IMG/VR virus record: IMGVR_UViG_3300022699_000302
Location: 64,001 to 128,000 of that record
Source of the DNA: a virus
Direction: 5' to 3' (one strand)
DNA: 64,000 nucleotides
This document shows, in pieces, positions 17,683-26,364 of this stretch; positions within the stretch are counted from its first letter, which is position 1; every line of letters begins with the position of its first letter. The notes under the pieces are model-generated. The model was not told the DNA's origin. It did no database searches and was given only the letters and a program-made list of their open reading frames with translations. A program made the position numbers and the translations under genes.

Positions 17683-17943
17683 TTTTCGTTTCGCGTCTCA
17701 GGCACAATCGGCTGCTACGACTCGTTCTTCATGTGCGCTACAGACGATATAGGCAACTCATTCAGACACTACGAGACCGTCTAGTTTGACGATTCGCTCG
17801 GTTGGTTCGAGACGCTCTAGAGATCCAGCTCGTTCTTCATGCACGTTGTGGTCATTTGAAGTGACTCACTCATTGACTACGGAGCCTGCGTTCAGCACGG
17901 TTCATTTTGCATCGGAGGATACGGTCGTCTGTGACGATTCAAT
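17682..17943 (-). repeat. TIGR-like dual-repeat array 2 (7 units)
   Basis: edge motifs at 17682, 17718, 17754, 17790, 17826, 17862, 17898, 17935 (six 36-nt spacings, one 37). Confidence 0.7.
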
Positions 17944-17949
17944 GTTGGC

Positions 17950-18019
17950 GGACCGACAAGGTTGTGTGGAGTCACGGTTCATTTCCAGTAATGATGTAGA
18001 CCCCTACGGCATTCGGTCC
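17950..18019 (-). ncRNA. short Y RNA 3 (no tRNA-like domain)
   Basis: GGACCGA/UCGGUCC helix; shares GAAUGCCGU..AGGG..UACAU and CCUUGUC with Y RNAs 1 and 2. Confidence 0.75.
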
Positions 18020-18072
18020 ATTGGTTGCGTCGGATGAAACCAAGTTGTCAAAGAAGCCACAAGAGGGCCCGG

Positions 18073-19686
18073 TTATACCAGGCCCTTCTTGATGGCGTCA
18101 ACCCAGTGATTCGTGCCCCCTCTGTCTTCCAGGAAGGTTGAGATGGCGTCGAACACTGAGTCATTGAACCCCCCAACATTCAGAACGTCGGGACGATTCA
18201 CGACCTGTGTGGTCGGGTGGGGCTGAAGGTCGATTAAGACCAACTTGGCATCGGGTCGGTCGGCTCGCTTTTTCCACTCATCCCAGTAATACTGCAGACC
18301 AGTACGATTCTTGGTGTAGTGGCGTGCAGGATCATTGGAGAAGTCCGCCCAGGACTCCATGTCCGAGAGAATGACAACAGCATCGAGATCGAATATCTTG
18401 TTGTCGATCAAGTACTGGATCGCCGAACTACAATCAGTCCCCCCGCCGGAACGTGCCAGCTGATTTACCAGGGTAAAAATGGAGTCACGGTCGGTAACCG
18501 ACGCGAGTTTCGCTGCAGTATCAAATTGGACGACCTTTGCGTCGGGCTGGGAGTGAAGGATGCATGCTGCCATGAGCGCTGCAACCTCACAGCATCGCAC
18601 GTCCCGGGCACCGGCACGCCTCCAGCCTCCCCGGGTGGTGGCCTTACCGACTGCGAGAGCTTGCATCGAGTACGACACGTCCACGCAAACAGCTGCCTTT
18701 CCGAAACGGGGCACGTTATCGATCGAGATCTCGACCGTATCGTGCAAGGCATTTTTGATCTTGGTCGGAATGCCTTCATTGAGGTGGCGGTAGGTCTGGT
18801 AGAGCTGGTACGGGAAGATCCGCTGCTTCTTGATTTGCTCCACATCGGTCAGCTGTTCGACTGCATACTCGACGAATCCCGTATCCTTGAGCACTTCATG
18901 GCGCTCCAGGGTATTGAGGTTCATCCGAAGAGCATGAAGTCCCATCTGGTGCCCCAAGACCTTCCAGTCCCGGGTCGAGAGATCGGGGATCGAAGTCAGG
19001 AGGCGAAACTCGATGCCCTTGGGCTTGCGGTTGCGATACCCCGCCTTCCATTCCTCGAAAACCTTCGCTACTTCGGGGAGCAGCTCCTCGTTGTAGTTGC
19101 GCCCGATCAGGTATGCATACAGGTTTGAGCGGGCTTGATCCGAGGGCTTGGGATGGATCATGTGAATGATGTCAGCGATCGACGGATCGTTACCAACTGA
19201 ATCCCTGAACAGAGCGGCGGGATGACGCTTGTTCAACCAGTGCTCGATCAGCTTCTTCAGCCAGGTGCCGAAGCTTTTTCGACCGAACCGCCCCGAACGA
19301 ATGAATTGCGCGAAGTTGCGGAGCATCCTCCCGTTATCGATCACATGCGGGAATGCCTCGTTGAACTTAACACGGTCGACTCCGGTCTGACTTGCCGCGA
19401 ACGCCATGAGAGCGGCCGGCATATCCTTCATCCACGCTTTCTTGCGCGAGTACACCGCGACATCGATGACGAAGTTCGGGTCGACCTTGCGCGCAGCCTC
19501 CAGGAGGGTCTCGAGCTGCTTCTCGCCGGTGGCGTAGAACGTGTTGTAAAAAGTACCGGTACACGCGTATTGTGCCAAGAGCTCTTCCGGATCGAGCTTC
19601 ATAGCGGCGCCTCCAGCCTCGTTGACCGTATGCTTGACCTCGATCTCGTGGGCCTTGGCTGACTTGAACATTTTCTTGTTCGCCAT
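18073..19686 (-). CDS. rsr: Ro60-related TROVE/vWA RNA-binding protein
   Basis: TROVE region (VNEAGG.., FGRKSFG, ALRMNLNT, RIFPYQ) plus vWA VCVDVSYSM, GGTDC; start MANKK after AGGAG. Confidence 0.9.
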   Translation of the reverse strand: MANKKMFKSAKAHEIEVKHTVNEAGGAAMKLDPEELLAQYACTGTFYNTFYATGEKQLETLLEAARKVDPNFVIDVAVYSRKKAWMKDMPAALMAFAASQTGVDRVKFNEAFPHVIDNGRMLRNFAQFIRSGRFGRKSFGTWLKKLIEHWLNKRHPAALFRDSVGNDPSIADIIHMIHPKPSDQARSNLYAYLIGRNYNEELLPEVAKVFEEWKAGYRNRKPKGIEFRLLTSIPDLSTRDWKVLGHQMGLHALRMNLNTLERHEVLKDTGFVEYAVEQLTDVEQIKKQRIFPYQLYQTYRHLNEGIPTKIKNALHDTVEISIDNVPRFGKAAVCVDVSYSMQALAVGKATTRGGWRRAGARDVRCCEVAALMAACILHSQPDAKVVQFDTAAKLASVTDRDSIFTLVNQLARSGGGTDCSSAIQYLIDNKIFDLDAVVILSDMESWADFSNDPARHYTKNRTGLQYYWDEWKKRADRPDAKLVLIDLQPHPTTQVVNRPDVLNVGGFNDSVFDAISTFLEDRGGTNHWVDAIKKGLV

Positions 19687-19730
19687 TTGGGTCTCCTGTT
19701 CCCAACAAAAAAGAAAGCAGTATTGCTCTA

Positions 19731-19739
19731 CCTTAGGCC
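19731..19739 (-). promoter_or_regulatory. promoter-like motif upstream of ro60
   Basis: GGCCTAAGG-TAGA variant. Confidence 0.55.
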
Positions 19740-19761
19740 AGATCACCAACGAAATCTGGGT

Positions 19762-20223
19762 TCATGTCCTGAGTTTGAGCTCGACAAAAGTATGCAGATC
19801 CCACCACGGCACTAATCCCTCAGCAGACCATAACAACACGGGGAGCGGGTGCGGGTCATCGCCGTCAGCGAAATCGTCCTTTATTGCGCGGATGCCGCTA
19901 ACCTCGACAGAGTTGGTAGACATGTTTTTTGGAGGATGCCCTACGTGAAGGATGGGGGGAGATTCATTTCCGTACCTCTTGTAATAGATCAGTGAAGGAG
20001 GTTCTTTGGAAAAGCGGACTTTCCTCCAAAAGCAAGTAAACATGAATCGAAATCCCTCTGCAGCCTTCTCTTCCTGCATGTTTCGGATTTCACTTAGAGG
20101 GACTAAGCGGTCGGTTTTATTCCCGTAATAGAGCCGGATGTGCGGGCGATAGACAAGATGTTCCATCCGAGAGGCTGGTCTCTTCTTCTTCTTTAGATAC
20201 ATCTCTACTGTCGTTTCCGTCAT
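19762..20223 (-). CDS. hypothetical protein, C-terminal W...WW family
   Basis: PVLLWSAEGLVPWWD. Confidence 0.65.
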   Translation of the reverse strand: MTETTVEMYLKKKKRPASRMEHLVYRPHIRLYYGNKTDRLVPLSEIRNMQEEKAAEGFRFMFTCFWRKVRFSKEPPSLIYYKRYGNESPPILHVGHPPKNMSTNSVEVSGIRAIKDDFADGDDPHPLPVLLWSAEGLVPWWDLHTFVELKLRT

Positions 20224-20227
20224 TTCG

Positions 20228-21613
20228 TCATCTCCAGTTCCTTGCCTCCTGTGCTTCGAGATCCCACTTGCGATTCAATGCGACTTGGATACAGATCTCT
20301 TGAAAGCTGGCCGGCGTGATTTCTTGGTGGCGTTGGGCTAATTCCTTAATCTCGTCGGAATGGCCGAGGTCTCCTATGATCCGTTCAGCCATAGTCAGAC
20401 GTCCTTCATATCCAAGATTTCCGAGCTCGACTACGCGGTCGACACGTCCAGGCCGTGAACCAACTTCATCGGTGGAACCTCCGCCCAGAGCCGGATCCAA
20501 AACATCGAGGCGATTAGTAGTGATGAACAAAAGAGTGCCGTCGGTTCGGTCGACACCATCGATCAGGTTGAGGAGGCAGTCGAAAGTCACACCCTGAACG
20601 TCGTTCGGAGCTGCGATGTTCTTCCGACCTTCGAACACACCATCGATGTCCTCAATAAGGATGATGCGCCGGCGGTAGAGCTGGCATCTTAAGCTCCATG
20701 CCTTGCTCAGATACTGGTTGTCCATTGATGCCAAATCGAAGATATAGATTGGGAGGTCGAAGTTCTGACCGACAGCTCGTACAAAACTGGACTTGCCGGT
20801 ACCCGGTTTTCCGTGAAAGACGTAACCACGCCTCCAAGGGATGCTGCGCTCCTGGTACCATTCGCGATGATCCAGCCAGAATTGAATTTCTTGCAGGATA
20901 CGCTTTTGATCGGATCCCAGAATCAGAGATTTGAAGGCGTCAGATCCTTGATTCTCGCCAATATCATCCCAGTCAAATCCTAATGCCAGATTGGATCTGA
21001 GACTCATATCGGCACCGCCTGAACCGCTTCTCGCTAGAGACGGAGACTCTCCTTCGGCGGAAGCATTCTCACCTTTACGTAGATTTCCGATGACGTATTC
21101 GACGAAGAAGTCTGTCGACTCTGCCTCTTCCCTTTTCTTGCGCTCTTCTCGTTGCTTATTCAGTATCCTCAAACCTTGATTGATGAAGTGATAGTAGGGG
21201 AAGCTCCATCGGACAAAGCGGACCATCGTGGGATGTGAGATTCTCTGGCCTTCCTTTGGTTCCTCTTTTGATGGCTCAAACCAGACCGGACGAAAATTGA
21301 CCCAGAAGATGTTGGAGTGCTTGTTCAAGTTTTCGAAAGCGACATGCTGCCAATCACCTTTAGACTTGAGGAAAGCAAGGAAGGCAGTGAATGAGCGAAT
21401 ACCTAGCTTTCGGCGGCGTCCTCGGGATCCGAGATATTTCTGGATCGCCATGCTGAGCTCGTGATCATTGATTTGCTGGGGGACGACGATGAAAGAGAAC
21501 ATCTTGATCAGGAACTGACGACTCTTGTTCCATGCAGTGGCGGCATAACCAAGAACGAGAATTCCGGTTGCCCCAATGGCAGCCTCGAGACCGCCGATAG
21601 CAGGTAGTTCCAC
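20228..21613 (-). CDS. AAA+ ATPase (BCS1-like) with N-terminal TM anchor
   Basis: Walker A GKPGTGKSS, Walker B LIEDID, TTNRLDVLDPAL. Confidence 0.85.
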   Translation of the reverse strand: MELPAIGGLEAAIGATGILVLGYAATAWNKSRQFLIKMFSFIVVPQQINDHELSMAIQKYLGSRGRRRKLGIRSFTAFLAFLKSKGDWQHVAFENLNKHSNIFWVNFRPVWFEPSKEEPKEGQRISHPTMVRFVRWSFPYYHFINQGLRILNKQREERKKREEAESTDFFVEYVIGNLRKGENASAEGESPSLARSGSGGADMSLRSNLALGFDWDDIGENQGSDAFKSLILGSDQKRILQEIQFWLDHREWYQERSIPWRRGYVFHGKPGTGKSSFVRAVGQNFDLPIYIFDLASMDNQYLSKAWSLRCQLYRRRIILIEDIDGVFEGRKNIAAPNDVQGVTFDCLLNLIDGVDRTDGTLLFITTNRLDVLDPALGGGSTDEVGSRPGRVDRVVELGNLGYEGRLTMAERIIGDLGHSDEIKELAQRHQEITPASFQEICIQVALNRKWDLEAQEARNWR

Positions 21614-21615
21614 AG

Positions 21616-22056
21616 TTACTCCTTGTATGTCAGTTGTAGTTCAGAAAAACATGGGTGATTCCACCAATCTTGAGGCTGGTGACATCGGTAAAACGGATTA
21701 GCCCATATGAGGCGAGGAGAATAAGCGTAGGGAGGATTTAGAGCAAAAAGGTGGGGGATGTTTACCCCTGTCATGGTGTAAGTGGTTTCTGGCGAGAATA
21801 TGTCGTGTGCGTCGGATAGCCTTCGAGCATCTCCGGAAGCGCCAGATCCCCAAATGAAAAGAGGGGTCTTTGAGAGAATCAAAGCGTTTCCGTGGAAGGC
21901 TGTATAGATGAAGTTTAGGTCTATCCCGCCTCTCGCGGCCTTGAGCTTTGCTAGCGTAATAAGCTCCTCCAGGCAAGTCACCTTTCTCCACTTGTTCTCT
22001 TCTAGGATGTCTATCTTTAGCTTGGAAAACGCTACGGGTTCAGGTACAAAAGGCAT
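21616..22056 (-). CDS. hypothetical protein, W...WW family
   Basis: PRLIWANP...QDWWN. Confidence 0.65.
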   Translation of the reverse strand: MPFVPEPVAFSKLKIDILEENKWRKVTCLEELITLAKLKAARGGIDLNFIYTAFHGNALILSKTPLFIWGSGASGDARRLSDAHDIFSPETTYTMTGVNIPHLFALNPPYAYSPRLIWANPFYRCHQPQDWWNHPCFSELQLTYKE

Positions 22057-22085
22057 GGTCGTCGATCTTTCTGTAGTAGGAAAGG

Positions 22086-22472
22086 TTACCCCCTCACTTC
22101 CCTGTGAATTGAAGACAGAAGGGTCAAGGCGTACCCTATTTGTTTTTTCGAGCCGTTGTTCTTTTGATGATCTGAGATGCCGCGTGAGGCTTCGCCCAGG
22201 ATGTCCCCGATCTCTTGGAGACGGCCGGGGAGATCCTTGAGAAGAGACCAGTACTCACCGGCTTCTTTTTTACGTTCGTCGTGGTATGTGATCATGTTGT
22301 GGTAGAGTTGGCGGTACTCATCTCGCTCGGCTACCAAGCGAGTGATCTCGTTGGACATTTCCTGTAGGGCGACCCGCATATTAGGTCGATTTAGGATGGG
22401 GTCTTCATCATCTTCAGGTCGGTCAGTAGGCGGGCTTCCCACCACTTTCTCCTTGATCTCGGGTGAATCCAT
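22086..22472 (-). CDS. hypothetical coiled-coil protein
   Basis: 128 aa ORF. Confidence 0.65.
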   Translation of the reverse strand: MDSPEIKEKVVGSPPTDRPEDDEDPILNRPNMRVALQEMSNEITRLVAERDEYRQLYHNMITYHDERKKEAGEYWSLLKDLPGRLQEIGDILGEASRGISDHQKNNGSKKQIGYALTLLSSIHREVRG

Positions 22473-22810
22473 ATGATCTCCGGTACTTTGGGTCTGTGAA
22501 ATCTCTGTACATCAATCTTGGCCTCAAGGACTTTAACCAGCATTTCAGCGGAGTCCTCTCTGAAGAGTTTCCCGGTCTCATCGCGGTAAACTCCAAGACA
22601 TTGCCTGGGCCCAAGCAAAGGCTCGAACTTCGAGAGATAGATTCTAGTGCTCGAGTAACAGGTGTAAGCAAACAAAAAGTCGGGGTAGGTCCGGCGGATA
22701 AACTCAGCAGTGAGAGGAGTACCGCCGGGGGTTATAAGACCTAACTTGTCGAGTGAATCGCTTATCCGCAGAGGCTTAGTCTTTCCAGGATCTATCAGTC
22801 TAGGTGCCAC
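22391..22810 (-). CDS. hypothetical protein, W...WW family
   Basis: PEIIWIHPRSRRKWWE. Confidence 0.65.
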   Translation of the reverse strand: MAPRLIDPGKTKPLRISDSLDKLGLITPGGTPLTAEFIRRTYPDFLFAYTCYSSTRIYLSKFEPLLGPRQCLGVYRDETGKLFREDSAEMLVKVLEAKIDVQRFHRPKVPEIIWIHPRSRRKWWEARLLTDLKMMKTPS

Positions 22811-23165
22811 TATCGAACCTCCTTCTCGCCATCGTCATTTCCCCTAGAGTCGGCGTCTCCCACCATTTACGAGGTGTGCGGACCCAAAGAATGACAGGCT
22901 CAGGGATCGCCTTCATATTGAGGGGAAGACGAACAATGCATCGATCCGAGGAGGGAGTCGGATCCTTACATGGTTTTCCTAAGGCATCACGGCCAGCAAA
23001 GATTCTGCCTTCTTCCCGGAGTGGTTGATGTACCGCCCAGAACAGTGCCCGACCTCCGTACCCGGAATAGACGTAATTAGCTTTATCAGGAATATCATCC
23101 TGAATGAGTTCCCACTCTCTCGACGAAAACCAGAGCAGGGGGTCGTTGTGCGGTAAGTTTCTCAT
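22800..23165 (-). CDS. hypothetical protein, W...WW family
   Basis: PVILWVRTPRKWWE. Confidence 0.65.
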   Translation of the reverse strand: MRNLPHNDPLLWFSSREWELIQDDIPDKANYVYSGYGGRALFWAVHQPLREEGRIFAGRDALGKPCKDPTPSSDRCIVRLPLNMKAIPEPVILWVRTPRKWWETPTLGEMTMARRRFDSGT

Positions 23166-23176
23166 GATTCTCCAAG

Positions 23177-23207
23177 AAAAAGAAAAGGGCCCCTCCGGGG
23201 GCCCTTT
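23177..23207 (-). terminator. intrinsic terminator
   Basis: AAAGGGCCCC/GGGGCCCTTT hairpin plus U-tract. Confidence 0.75.
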
Positions 23208-23209
23208 GG

Positions 23210-23845
23210 TTATGCTTGGTTGTCGTTTTTCAGGCCGAGATCCCGAAGCCGCTTACGGTTGAGCTGAATCTTTCGTTCTCGAACTTCGATGAAACTCTGT
23301 TCGTAAACTGGATCCCAAGCCTTCTGCTTCACAATGACAGTTTCGTACCAGAAGCCGTTGACCTTCTTGTAGGTCCGGCCACCCAGTTTGAACTCGTTGC
23401 GTCGTTTGGCGTCGCGGTGCCGACGAATCCGCTGGCGACGCCACTTGCTGTGAGTGTTGTGATCGCAACGGAGAATCCCGTCACTGTCTACATACAAGTC
23501 TTTCCACCGCCAGGGCCTGTCGTGAAGTTCTCCCGTCGTGTCAACGGCACTGAGGATGTGTTCGCGGAGATGCCAGCCATCCACGGACCGGGCATCAGCG
23601 TGTTCACAGATCTCGGACCAAACATCATTCCAGGGTCGGCCGACATTCTTGTACAGAAAACCGTACATCGGTGCCAGCCGATCATTGAAGGACTTTGTTC
23701 GACGAGTCCTCATGGGCTCGCGTGCGGGAAGGTCCTCCATATCCTCACACTTCGTGTTGATGCGGAATGTTGCGCGTCTCTTGAGGCCCCACTCGTCGTA
23801 ACGGCGGGTGCATTCAATGATAACGCGTTTCATGTCCTTTCGCAT
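23210..23845 (-). CDS. basic hypothetical protein
   Basis: 211 aa; GRPWNDVWSEIC...LYVDSDGILR. Confidence 0.75.
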   Translation of the reverse strand: MRKDMKRVIIECTRRYDEWGLKRRATFRINTKCEDMEDLPAREPMRTRRTKSFNDRLAPMYGFLYKNVGRPWNDVWSEICEHADARSVDGWHLREHILSAVDTTGELHDRPWRWKDLYVDSDGILRCDHNTHSKWRRQRIRRHRDAKRRNEFKLGGRTYKKVNGFWYETVIVKQKAWDPVYEQSFIEVRERKIQLNRKRLRDLGLKNDNQA

Positions 23846-23982
23846 GACACAACTCCTTTAGACCATCTAAATAGGTCTCATGTCGGGCCTCCTTCCTTAG
23901 TGACTGGAGAACCGGCAGGACGCACTCTGCCGGTCCCCATCGTCGTTGCTTCTCTTAGTTGCCGCTCACAGGTGCGTCAGCG

Positions 23983-24540
23983 CTAACATCCTGCTCGAAC
24001 ACTCGATACTGCCTCCATCAGGAACTTCAGGGTGTCAATAGGATCCCTGGGCTCAGGTTCCCATGGTAAGAACTGATTCTCTTCTCGCGACCAGTGATAT
24101 CTCTTCATCTGGTCTTTGTTGATTTCTTCCGGAATATCGTCCTCGTTGCTGAAGATCATCAATTTGCCGTCGAAAGTCCTGAGTACCCAAAGCCAGGCCG
24201 AAGGAACGTAGGTCCAGTACCCCTTGAGAACGAGAGCCCACTCCTTCATCTCGAGGAAGCAGTAGTACCACCACTTGAACCAGCACTTGATGTGCTTGGG
24301 CTTAGCAACAAATGCGGCGATCAGATGGATCATCCTCGGAACGCGAGGGTATTGCATGCGCTCGCTCAACAAATGGATGCTGGGAGCGCACATCAACCCA
24401 AAGCCGGCCCGGTGTTCATTGTCACGACCGTAGAGCTCAACACCCTCTTTGTTTCGATGGAAGTACATCCCCAGAGGGTAAGGATGTTCGCTGTCATCCC
24501 ATTCGATAACCAGGGCCTTATCTATCGATCCGCTATCCAT
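23983..24540 (-). CDS. hypothetical protein
   Basis: start reassigned to MDSGSI after AAGGA. Confidence 0.65.
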   Translation of the reverse strand: MDSGSIDKALVIEWDDSEHPYPLGMYFHRNKEGVELYGRDNEHRAGFGLMCAPSIHLLSERMQYPRVPRMIHLIAAFVAKPKHIKCWFKWWYYCFLEMKEWALVLKGYWTYVPSAWLWVLRTFDGKLMIFSNEDDIPEEINKDQMKRYHWSREENQFLPWEPEPRDPIDTLKFLMEAVSSVRAGC

Positions 24541-24737
24541 CGTTTGTCCTTTGAGTGAGTGAGTAGAAAGCAAAGACAGGCAACGACGGCGGGCCCCTAC
24601 AGCGAAAGGAGAGGAGCAGGGGCCCCCGCCGCCTGTACACGCCCGGTCACTCCGGACGTAACACTGTCCCATCTCTACGCTCACCAAGATTAATGATAAG
24701 CCGGCCGAGTAACGACTCTAGAGAAGGGGCATCATGG

Positions 24738-24746
24738 TCTTAGGCC
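24738..24746 (-). promoter_or_regulatory. conserved phage promoter-like motif
   Basis: GGCCTAAGA directly after a terminator. Confidence 0.65.
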
Positions 24747-24780
24747 AAAAAGAAAGGGCTCCTTAGGAGGAGCCCTTCTT
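24747..24780 (-). terminator. intrinsic terminator after glnS
   Basis: AAGGGCTCCT/AGGAGCCCTT hairpin plus U-tract. Confidence 0.75.
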
Positions 24781-26364
24781 TTGTTTCTTCTTCCACGGAT
24801 CTTTCAGTGGCACAACTTCGACTAAGTCGATACGGGTACCTACGATACAGACTTTGTAGTATCCTTTTCGCATGAGCTGCACGATCTGCCCGTGTTGGAG
24901 GTCAAGAGGCTCCATAAAGGCTATTGGGAGCTCTTTCATGCTGTCCTCATTGAACTCTCCGTTTTCGTCGAACAGGGGACCCAACTGGTAGATGTTGACC
25001 GGTCGAGCTCCTACGGAGACCCAATGGATCGTGCCTTTGACTTTTTCTTCCGGAAGGAGCTCACACTCGATACCGGTTAGATCCTCGTCCACCTGGAACG
25101 GTCCTACGTGCTTCAGGATACCGGCACCCTTGATCCGGACCTTACCTCCAGGCTTCAACCGTTTGAACTTCGGTGGCGGGTCCCCGGAGAAGTCATCCTT
25201 CTCGATCATGATGAAGTTGTCAACGAGAACCTTCCGAGTCCCGGCTTCGGGATCTTCGGGGTTGTTCTCGATCTCGACATACTCGCCGGCGGGCGATGAC
25301 AGATTGGAGATCCGAACCGATAACGGGTCGAAGACGCACATCACTCGCTGGGATGTCTTGTTGTAGCGGTCCCGGGCGATGTTCTCGAGCTTGTTCGGTG
25401 CGATCACCGAGTGGGTCTTGGACACCCCGATCTCTTCACAGAAGTCCTGGAGCATCTCGGGGGTATACCCCCGATTGCGGAGACCACGGAGAGTAGGCAT
25501 GCGGGGATCGTCCCATCCGTCGACCCTCTTGTCGTAGACCAGTTTACGGAGCTTGCGCTTTGAAAGCACCACTCCATCGACTTCGCATCTTGCGAATTCA
25601 CGCTGTTTTGGGAGGTAGTGGGTGTCGTAAACGGCATCATCGAATTCGGCGTGTTTGAGGAACCAGTTGTAGAGTTGGCGGTGCTCTTCGAATTCGAGAG
25701 TGCAGAGTGAGTGGGTGATCCTCTCGAGATAATCGACCAGAGGATGGCTGAAGTCGTAGCTGGGGTAGATGCAGTACTCAGCGCCGGTGCGGTGGTGAGG
25801 AGTGTAGATGATGCGGTACATCACAGGATCCCGCATCAGAGCACTGGGGTGCTTCCAGTCGATCTTGGCCCTGAGGGTGCACTCACCACCCTTGTAGATC
25901 CCCTTGAACATGTTGTCCCAACGGGCCAGGTTCTCAGAGATCGTGCGGTCGCGATAAGGGCTGGGCTTGAGCTCCTTGTTCGAGTCGCGGTAGTCGGCAG
26001 CATCTCGCGGCGAGAGATCACAGACATAAGCATCACCGCACTCCACCATCTTTCGAGCAACAGTTAGGAGATCCGGAAAGTAGTCCGAGGTGTAGGTGAC
26101 CTCGGGTTTGAATCGTAGTAGCCACGACAGATCTTCAATGATGGCCTTCTCATAGATCGGGGATTCGGTCAAAGGGTTGGTATCATCGAATCTGAGGTGG
26201 CATTTGCCCATGTACTGGGCGGCGATGCCGAAGTTGAGACACGCTGCTTTAGCATGCCCTAGATGCAGGTATCCGTTGGGTTCTGGCGGGAACCGAGTTC
26301 GCACCTCGGAGTACCGCCTTTCTTCGAGGTCCTTATCGATCTCGAGGGTGATGAAGTTCTTCAT
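24763..26364 (-). CDS. glnS: glutaminyl-tRNA synthetase
   Basis: RTRFPPEPNGYLHLGHAK (HIGH), RFDDTNP, VLSKRKL, GWDDPRMPT, KVKGTIHWVS. Confidence 0.93.
   Translation of the reverse strand: MKNFITLEIDKDLEERRYSEVRTRFPPEPNGYLHLGHAKAACLNFGIAAQYMGKCHLRFDDTNPLTESPIYEKAIIEDLSWLLRFKPEVTYTSDYFPDLLTVARKMVECGDAYVCDLSPRDAADYRDSNKELKPSPYRDRTISENLARWDNMFKGIYKGGECTLRAKIDWKHPSALMRDPVMYRIIYTPHHRTGAEYCIYPSYDFSHPLVDYLERITHSLCTLEFEEHRQLYNWFLKHAEFDDAVYDTHYLPKQREFARCEVDGVVLSKRKLRKLVYDKRVDGWDDPRMPTLRGLRNRGYTPEMLQDFCEEIGVSKTHSVIAPNKLENIARDRYNKTSQRVMCVFDPLSVRISNLSSPAGEYVEIENNPEDPEAGTRKVLVDNFIMIEKDDFSGDPPPKFKRLKPGGKVRIKGAGILKHVGPFQVDEDLTGIECELLPEEKVKGTIHWVSVGARPVNIYQLGPLFDENGEFNEDSMKELPIAFMEPLDLQHGQIVQLMRKGYYKVCIVGTRIDLVEVVPLKDPWKKKQKKGSS

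Noticed and set aside
15901-17943. CRISPR array interpretation of the periodic repeats
   Set aside because: The conserved parts are only ~9 nt, degenerate and of two alternating kinds with a 36-nt period; there is no 23-47 nt direct repeat and no cas gene.
18319-19128. Long antisense ORFs such as 18319..19128, 23216..23986, 1142..1615 and 41867..42490
   Set aside because: They are shadow frames opposite clearly recognisable genes, with no RBS or motifs.
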